A stretch of 64,000 nucleotides of DNA from Tubiluchus corallicola. Its lineage: Eukaryota; Animalia; Priapulida. Under the pieces are notes generated by a model that saw nothing but the letters and a program-made list of their open reading frames with translations, searched no databases and was not told the DNA's origin. Of the stretch, positions 42,501 through 52,900 are shown piece after piece. The DNA lies in NCBI GenBank assembly GCA_030141605.1, contig JAQGDQ010000391.1, positions 62,001-126,000 of the forward strand. Direction: 5' to 3'. The translations under genes were made by a program, and so were the position numbers. Every line of letters begins with the position of its first letter. Within the stretch, counting starts at the first letter, position 1.

Positions 42501-45500
42501 TTGCTCAAATATTTACTGCTAAACTGTTAGATCTTTCCGTTTTGTTTGCACGTGTGAATTTTATTTATTGATAACGAATTCTTGAATAATTAAAAACGAT
42601 CCACTATTACTTTTCAGCGTCAGTTCTTTATATCGCTGTTGTGCTATTTTTTCCAATAGGTTATTCATGGTTTTGTAACAGGGTTTATAAGTGCAGTGAG
42701 CAAACTGTTTGTTCAACCACATAAGAAAAATGTGCATTCTTAATGTAAACATTGCCACAAAAATACACAAATGCACAAGTTGTTACTATTAAATTTGTCT
42801 TACCATAATGGACTTGGTCCTTGAAAAAGAAACAACTTTGTACAGCATGCTTTTAAGTTGTTGCAGTATGATTTTGAAAGCATGCTGTATTTGACAAAAT
42901 AGTTCGCGAGGTGCAAATATGTGAATAAAATAAAGTTTTTTAAAATCGAAATTCCATTTATAGAAAACAAGAACAATGAAGTTAAAATATGGGCATAAAA
43001 TATGTACACCACAAATATTTCACAAGTGATACATACAAGGATTAGAACGATTACATGATAATGACAATGGGATTAAACAATGCTAAACGCTACGTTCGAG
43101 CAGAAAGAAAACTAGAGCAAAAATGCTGCATAAGAGCCATTAGCTACGTTAAGTTAATTACTATGTCAAAATGAGCATAAATGCAACAATTAACATAAAC
43201 ACTACAGAATACAGATATAACGACTACATACGGATAATTGGATTATCTTCGATAAGGAGGAATTGGAGAGCAATAACGCAATGCTATGTCGCTACAAGCT
43301 ATCTAGAAAAAAGCTGCAAGATTAGAACTATATATCTTTTGAGAAAGAAGCCTATATTCATGTAATTACACGGCTAATTGAAAACAAATCTAGTTTACAT
43401 AGAATTATATGTAAACTATGAAAACAGATTTGGGAAAGATACTTTTAACAGTGAACAAACACAATTTACTCGAGAAGAGTAGTTATCGACAAATAAAGCA
43501 TGTTTTCAAATACAAGAGTTTTTGAAATAAAAGGTTTTCAGACTAACAAAATGCTTGTAAAAATAATGAATATGAATTATGAAGATTTAGAAAATCTGAA
43601 TTCATAATCATACGAATTCATTAGCTTTTTTCAAAATTGACAAGTAAGAAGGTAATGCGGACATAAAAATGACGTAACAAGAGCACAAGAAATATAATAT
43701 TTGTTACTGAATTGTATAGGTAATAGTTGTTAAATTCACTTTATTATGAACGTTTTTAATAACCGATACAGAGCCAGGTTCAAAAACAACAGGATCTGTG
43801 CTAGTTCGCGCCTGTAATTTATCAGCAGTACGGGTACTATTCATTCTCGTACATAGCATTAGTTGCAGTTTTGACATCACAAAATATTTTTATTAAAACC
43901 TAAATCATTGGAGTGATTTTTTATTCTTTAAAATTGCTACAGTACAATAAATAACTTCTAACAAATAAAGATGGTTTAGAAGTTTTCTGCTTTTTCATTT
44001 TAACTTCGATCCCTGCTTACAGGAAGCGGAAAGACTTTCCTGCTTAATGCAATTGGGATGAAAGGATCGGGACTTTTAAGCGGTAGGATCGCCATCAACG
44101 GCACACCATGTACTGAAAAATACTTCAAGTAAGTTTAATAGTTATTAAAATAATTGCGTGCCATGTTCATTATGACACGATGTGAATTGTTAGTTATTGT
44201 TTGGAAGAAAAAACAACAAAACAGCAAAGAAAAAAGTACCTTGCACTTTTGAAATGTCCCCATATTCCTCGCTGTGAAATTTTTAGAAAATATAGCGTTG
44301 CGTGAGGTATAGAACTCTTCGGGGTAAAAGGCCCACACGAGTTTTGCAGAAGTGCCAATAGAGGACACTACATACATGCATGCGTGGAATACTGAAAGCT
44401 AATATGCAGATAAAAAGGTTAGTTGTATAAGTGATGCTTAAGTAAGACGTGCAGATTGTGGTCTCATATAACTTTTCATCATTTTTTCTATCAATTTTTG
44501 ATTAACAAATTCGTGGAGTTCTATCGAAGGAACCGTACGATGAGCGTGATATTATGACTGCAAATGTTCACCTGTAAGTGTACTTTCCTAAAAAAGTCTT
44601 ACGCTAACTTAACAATTTTTGCACTTAATCGTAAAGACATATCTTGATGTGCAAAGGGGCAAACGGTCTCGCCTCTGCGTGTGGGGCTCGAAACGCCCGT
44701 GGTGTCTTTGCGCCGATTATATTAGGGCACTTTACAATTCCAGGGATTGATGGTGATCGTGAACAAATCAAAGGTTAGGTGTACCAGAGAACGCATTTAT
44801 GTACACTATACAACGTCTAATAGTAACAGTCTTAACAGCTAGCTAGAACCTTATCTAGCTCATTTTTCTTGTTCCCAAGCGAGATCCTGCTAGTAGATCA
44901 CTCTATGCACAGACTAATGCATAGTTAAGTAAAGTCCACGTAAAAGAACTGAAATTACTGAACGTTAGCTGCCGTTGGTTTTTCTTTACCCGTATGTCAC
45001 GTGACGGTTGTAGTTAAGACGCTTTGCTGTGGTACACTTAACCTGTGACCTACAACTTTGAACTACAATACTTATTTAATAACTAAAGTTGGTATGGCAC
45101 ATTTTTGATAATTTAACAGGTTCAAAGCATAAATTTTGTTCGTTCTTATTTTGTTTGTTAGTTTTGTCTTTCTCTTCTTCCAAAGCAGTGTTACAGTTTT
45201 TTTTCGGTTTTCAAAAATGTGTTGCTGTCTACTTGAATGTAACTATACGTTCACGGTTAACCCTTTCCCTCTGCTTACAAACAACATGAACAGTGAAGCA
45301 ACAGTAAACGCGGAAGAAAGAAGTTAATTCTGATTTTCACTAAACACAGCTATTTAAATTGACTTGCAAAAACTGAACAACAGTGCAAGCGTGATGAAAG
45401 GGCAATGTATGTATAATAAATCGTTTTATTCACAAAGACGCCGTGACATGCGCATCTGCACCGTCCGCGCTCTACGTCACAATATGGCGATGCGCATGTC

Positions 45501-48500
45501 ATTGCGTCCTTGTGAAGAAAACGTAAAAAAGCAGTAGTAAAAGTGAAATTACCGAGTGAAGTATTGAATTTTATATTTTATAAAAAGTGAAATCAAGTAA
45601 CTCGCCAGATATCTAATCCTTTGCGCTCCATGCCGGTTCACATTACGGAGCAGGTGCTGAGGTGGAAAATGCACCTGCCCGTTAGCCCACTGAACAGACA
45701 AAACCGTTCCGCAGCAGCAATGTTATACGCCACTATACAATGGCTTCAAATGGACGAGACCGCCCCTGTAACAATACATACATATGCATATCATAAATGT
45801 TAATACATTTTTCAGTTTCCATATAAAACTTTCATAATCTTTCACTCATTTTCACTGTAATGTAGCCTTTTAAATATTTTTGCTAACTATCTTAAAACTG
45901 ATTTGGAAAGACCAAAGAAAATTGTATAAAGATCGTTGGTAAGAATCTCATTCTTGAGCATACCGTTCTGTGTAATGATATGTTAAAGGAAATTATAGCA
46001 GACAACTTTCATCCTCTACATAAAGAATTTACATTTCTTTCACGCAAAATAGAATTAAACGTGCCCCTTTCAAGAACAAATCTATTTTCGTTTCTTTCCA
46101 CTCGAATTAAAGTATTCAATAATAGTTAAGCACGTTAAGCACCTTTCAACTTTTAAAGCTTTATTTTGATTGTAACGCAAATTCATTTTAGTAACATAGA
46201 TGCATTTACATTTATATGCACAGTCGAATTTAATTGAAATGGCAGACTTGTTGTGCTAATTGTTTCTTAAGTAGTCCGTGCAAACCAACAAAAAGGAAAT
46301 TTTCCTGTATACCGATAGTATACATTTCCTATAAGTGTCTCCATGTCTGTGTCTATGTCTATGTCTATGACCGCCTTTGTCTATGTCTAGGTCTGTTTTT
46401 ATCCATGTCTAAATCGGTGTCTGTATCTCTGTGTGTATCTACGTCTATGTCTATGTCTATCTCTATATTTGTGTTTTCATAAGTTGTAGTTAACTTTTTG
46501 AATTTCAGCAACAATGGAGCTTACGTTTTCTATGACAACCGACTCATGCCTCTGCTTACAGTAAATGAGACGCTCAAATACTCAGCCGACTTATATTTTG
46601 GTGGTCGAATGTCCGGGAAGAAGAAGTCAGAGAAGGTAACCCCTATTTCTGCTTTGTTTTTGCAGGTTTTTAATCGCTGGTCGTTTTATTGGATATTATG
46701 ATGTTTAATTTAAAGTGATTGGAATTGACTCAAACTGAAGAGAGGCAGTAGTAATATTCATTCTGCATTTACTTCTGTTTTTTAATTTTCTGTTGAATCA
46801 CAAAGGAGGTAGTAAGTAAACAAATGCTAGATGCAGAATAACTGGTGTTCTTGCAACATCTTCTATTTAATTTTTTCATCACTTATCTAACGTAAAACTA
46901 CCAAATTTTAAGTGTTCAAAATATTCCTCTGGTGGCGCTTCAATCTTATTCTACAGCTCAGGAACTAACGTTTCTGCAAGCCACCTGTTGTCACAAATGA
47001 GGGCAGTGAAATCCCAGGAAAACTGAAAATATGAAACAGAAGCTATTGCTTAAACACCTGTTACCCCCTCCCCCCTCCCCCATCCAGCGTTTATTTAATA
47101 GTACTATATTTCCATTGGCATGACACCTTCATTGCAAAACTAGGACAATATTGATGAAACTAAACAATATTGAGGATGTTGAAAGGATGAATAATATCCT
47201 AGGTGAAATGGGCAATGGTTGAGTTAGATCTAGTCCATGTTGAAGACGATGTCATCAAGAATCTAACAGAAAGCGAGAGGAGGAGACTGATCATTGCACT
47301 GCAGATCATTAAAGATCCACGTAAGTATATCATATCATCATTATTCTTACGTAAGTTAACTTATCCGCATCATCATTCTCAGTTACATCACCAGCAGAAA
47401 CATCTTTATCATCATCATCATCATCACCGTCATCATCATGATGATCTCATCATTATCATCGTTGTCATCATCATGTAGTCGTCGTCGTCATCATTATCAT
47501 AATAATAATAATCATCGTCGTCGTCGTTATTGTCGCCATCATCATCGTCGTCATCATCAACGTCATCATCATCATCAGCAGCAGCACCCTCTTCACCATT
47601 ACTATTATTATCACCCTGTCATTAATAGCACATTATTAGCATAAGATTATAGAAAACTACAGTTTAGTTTAGTTTAGTTTAGTGTAGTGTAGTGTAGTGT
47701 AGTGTAGTGTAGTGTAGTGTAGTGTAGTGTAGTGTAGTGTAGTGTAGTGTAGTGTAGTGTAGTGTAGTGTAGTGTAGTGTAGTGTACTGAAGTGTAGTGT
47801 TGTGTTGTGTAGTGTAGCATAGTGTAGCATAGTATAGCGTAGCGTAGCCTAGTGTAGTGTAGTGTAGTGTAGTGTAGTGTAGTGTAGTGTAGTGTAGTGC
47901 GTAGTGTAGTGTAGTGTAGTGTAGTGTAGTGTAGTGTAGTGTAGTGTAGTGTAGTGTAGTGTAGTGTAGTGTAGTGTAGTGTAGTGTAGTGTAGTGTAGT
48001 GTAGTGTAGTGTAGTGTAGTGTAGTGCAGTGCAGTGCAGTGTAGTGTAGCATAGAGTAGCATAGCGCAGCATAGTGTAGCATGACGTAGCGTAGCGTAGT
48101 GTGGTTTAGATGCGATTGTTTTTCCAAAATGCTATGACATTATATACATTGTTACATACTTTGCAAGATATTTGTTATTCAGGATAAGAACATACAATTT
48201 ATATAGGTCTAAGCAATTCTACATATATATGGGCCTATAGGCATTTAGCAGTTGATGGTATTTTCTATTTTCAGTGGTGCTTCTTGTAGAAGAACCAATG
48301 ACGGGATTGGATAGTTTCAGTGCAAACAGCGTGGTTTCATTGCTGTCCAGATTTGCCAAGAAGTACTTCCGCATAGTCATTTTCACTGCCCATCGTCCAC
48401 AGTCAGACATCTTCCCTCTTCTAGATCGTGTAACGTACCTGTGTGCAGGAGAAGTAGTTTTCACTGGTAGGTGACGCCACTTGTCTATCCCGCGTCTAGT

Positions 48501-49874
48501 GGGTAGGTCTCTGCATTAACTGCTGGCTTCACGTTCTTCGATGAAGCCAGTGCTAAAATTTATTTATTACATAGAAAACAGTTAATTATGGAAAAAGCTA
48601 ACCAACAAAATCATATATCACTAATGGAAAATAGTTAAGTAAGAGATGCTACTTAAAACAAAGCAAAAACTTTCTTAGTCTTTTTTTAATGTGACAGATA
48701 TTCAATTCAAAACTCACAAGAATTCGACTATAAACTCGCAGTTTCAGATTTTGAAACTGGTGCAGCAGCACTGAGAGTTTGCCTGGTTTCTCTTTCAAAA
48801 TTATCATTTCTGCAGGTTACACAAAGAACATGCTGGAGTACTTTCATGGTATCGGACATCCGTGTCCAGAATTTGAGAACCCGTTGGATTTCTACTGTAA
48901 GTGTTATATTTAAGCAGTGTTGCCTGGCTTGTGTCTGTGTTGCCTAGCTGTATTTGTGGCAAAATCGCGAAAACAATTTTTTTACACATCCTTTGTTTTT
49001 CTTCATTGCCATAAATAAGATTTTTGAAATAATTATTGTTTTCTTAATGATGTTTGACATCAAGCAAAGGGCACCCCGTAAGGGCAAGAACCAATAGGCT
49101 TTAGCCTAGGGCGCCAAAGTTTGAGGGGCGTCAGATTTTAGAAAAAAAATCTTATTCTCCTCGAAAAATCTGTATACTTTCACATTTCTGTAAAATGCAC
49201 ATTTTGAAACACACCACAAGCAGTTGGTGAGTGCTGTTCTAATACAAAGGCCACATAACGAACAAGTCCAATGTAATTTAAGGTCTATGCAAATACATGT
49301 AATTCATAATGACCACAAAGAAACTAGGCTAATACTCTTTCTAACACATCACAAGTAATTGTTTAACCTGCTCATTACGAAATCAACCATAAATTTACAA
49401 TGGAGAAGGCCGGGACACAACTATCAGCCTAGGGCATCGTAAAGTCTTCACACGCCCCTGACTGCACTACTTTTTGAGCCCAGAACTCTCATAGTGTTAG
49501 AACAAGGGCTAGAATCCTCTCCTCATCGAAAGGCCTAGCGAACGCATTTTAGGAATACGTTTAAAAACAATAGAACAATTGTGATTTTGATCTTTTCAGT
49601 AACTCTATCAAGTTTAGATAGAAGAACTCCAGCAAGACTCATCGAAACCACAACGAATGTTGAGCGTCTTATTGATAAATTTCGACAATTCGGTGGACTC
49701 CATCAAACTTACACAGGAGATAGACGAGAAGGTTTAAAATTTTCCGTCTTTTATGTTACTGCTCTTAAATTTTATCATCTTCCTTTCTCTCTTCTCTCTT
49801 CAGCTCTCTCTCTTTCCTTTTTCATTCCCTCGTTCTCGCTATTGTTCTCTCTTCTCTCTTCTGCTCTCACTTCT

Positions 49875-49922
<48 letters not shown>

Positions 49923-52900
49923 TCGTTCTCTCCCTATCTGTCTCCCTCTGTTTTTGCCCATTTTTCTCTAAAATATTTTTGTTTTTCTGGTCTTCTTTTT
50001 CTTTCTTGTTTTTGCTTAATTTTTCTGCTGTTACTTTTTCTTCTTTATCAGACGTCATTCGACAAGAACAACTATTTTACACAACTGCTAAATACAACAG
50101 TTTGTAAAACTACATTATTGGACTAAAAACAAATAATGTGCCATTTTTTTCTTTAGATATCTACAGAATGGATTCACAACAAAATCGTGTACCTTTGTCA
50201 GCTTGGGGACATCCATGGATCTTGCCAAAGATATTCACTTTGACCAGGTTAGTGGGAGGCACTGGTTCGTCTGTTCATCAGGTTTTACACTTCATGAGAT
50301 GTTAATACCCACAGTTCCACAGACGATGAAGTAACAGATTTTTAAAAACTTTAGAGTTTAAAGGAAAGGCCTAGTCAGCTGAGAAGTTAGGCTTATTTCA
50401 TTGTGCGAATGTTAGAAGGATTTAGTAATAAAAGTGTGATAGGTGCCTCGTATATAATTAGTAAACTCACTTTAAACTCACGATTATTTCCGTTTGGACG
50501 ATGCCATTTTGAATACAAAAGTATATTTCTGCCAAAGACGTCATTCGTCGAATGAAGAAAAGCACATCCGTTCTTGATACGGTAGCCCTTGCTTGTCCAC
50601 AGAGTTAGGGCTATGTATCTGTGGGATCGGCACTGAGTTGGGCTAGCATGCCACCCCCAGTGGCTAGGTTACCAAAAATTAGGCAGCAATTCTGTGATAT
50701 TTCCGCGTGAACATTTGGTAAACTGCAGAAGTTTGAATTAATTTAAACAGTGTGCGCTTAGGGAAGGCCACGATGCACTTAAGAAGTCATTCATGAAGTC
50801 CACAAATTACGTCACAATGTCCGACTTGTAATTCTCATAGCTTATGTCTCTTGAAACTAAATGGTCGGAAAATACTATTAATAATGACACTTTATGGAGT
50901 GACAATTTTAAGTCGGCCTACTAGTCTGTATGCACACTAGCTAATCGTTTTTAGTTGGTATATTGTATTTTTCTTGTATAACTGTAACAAGTAAATATCA
51001 CATTATGTGAATGTTGTAATATTTCCTCTTTAGGCGAGCCACATGGCATTTGATCAGAGACTGGCAACACTTGTCCGTCAGGCTACTGCAGCTCCCTCTA
51101 TTCATGGTGATTTTGTTCCTGTTCGTGTTCGAGCTTCAGCATAATCAGGCCGGGGTTCAAACCCGACTAGGACTGATGTTTTATTGTTTAGCTGGAACGT
51201 CTTTTCTCTCTTGCATGACCACAGCTTTCCATTGTAAGTAGAGAATCACATTTAGTAAAAACTTTGTTGTTATTGCATAAGAACGATCAAAAGTCATACA
51301 ATGCATTCTCTATCAAGAATATCTTTATTGCTAGTTGATATAACTAGTACAGCCATCTGCAGGTGCATAGCTGAAATTTCAACAATGATTTTAATTATCA
51401 ACGACTTAATCTGTCGACTTTATTTTCAAACGAAAAACATTATAGATTTTTTTTTCTTATATATAATTTTTCTTCCTTTATAAAATACTTCTTAAAAACT
51501 TCTGAAGTTTATAAGAAGTATTTTGAAGTCTATAGCCTATGATGTTAATCATTCATTGTACTGGGTCAATGTAATATGATTTCTGTTTTGATTTCTAACT
51601 ATTGTGACAGCATGTCCTATTTTATAATGACATGTTATAGTTTGAATAATGTAACATTATACAATATGTAATTCCCGATTAGCGATTGTATTCCTTATTG
51701 AAAAGAACAGACAACACCCACTTAAGCAAAAACATAACTTTTATTCAGACACAAACATCCACAACGTTTTGACACAATTAAGGTCATGTTCACGCAAAAA
51801 TCCAACTGAATAAAATTACAGTTTCTTGTGTGAATAAAAGCCATATCTTTGCATAAGTAGGGGCTATATGATACATATGTATCATTTTTGTTCATACTAA
51901 CAAGATTAGCAAGCAATGAGAATATATACAAGTAAGTGAGAGTAAGATTTGTTAGTATGGCGTACAACTCATTCCTGTCAAAAAATCAAAACGATTACGT
52001 TCTAGAGACTATATAACTTCTTTAATGAAATTTACAGTCCGTATTTGTTCACTGCTAGCATTACCTCTTACATCTAATGTACAAGAAAGAATTTTACAAA
52101 GAAAATTTTCACTTGTGTAAAAAGTTTCGGGCTCATTACAAATAGATAAAAAATTATAATCCATTATAGAAGAGGCATGAAGTCAAGAACTATGCGCAAA
52201 GAAATGGCTACACGATTTTCACTATATAACCAACTATGGTAAAATTTAACAAAATCGTTTTTGTTAAATGTTATTGTTATATGTCCTTATAAACTTATCG
52301 TTGATACGCTAAGATTAATCATATGCAAGATGAATACATGACATAGTAAGCAACTGAGGCTTGAGTAAAGAACGTGAAAACTATAAAGGCAGAAATTGAT
52401 TAACCAAAATTAATTCTGATTCAGAAAGCAATGTGGAATTTACCGTTAATCAAATCTCAGGGTTTTAGACAGAGCTTGAATAAGATCAAGGTTTCATTTA
52501 AATATTCGGCATTTGGTATTCATATTCCGTAGACGTTTTTAATCTACAAAAACTGATGGGGAAAAGGAATTTTTAAAATAAAAATAATAGCCAGTATGTA
52601 TCCGTGAACAAGGATCACAACTTCAACAATCATTTAATCGAAAATCGAGAATTATGTGCAAAGAAATTCTAAAAAAACAAAGTTTATAAAGAAGTATTTC
52701 GAACACAGATATCCTGTTACTGCTTGCCTTATACCACTGTTGTTCAGAGTGTGGTACCAATGTCTTACACACCCTTCTATCTTCATTAAAATATTTTTGT
52801 ACATTCTTTATTACAACAGTTTATCATTTTTTAGTTGCATTTCATCGCAATACCTATTGTCAAGAAGGAAGGGATAAACTCTATGGAGGATTTACGTTTG

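Noticed and set aside
47674-48127. HYTTL-repeat proteins
   Set aside because: (TAGTG)n microsatellite artefact
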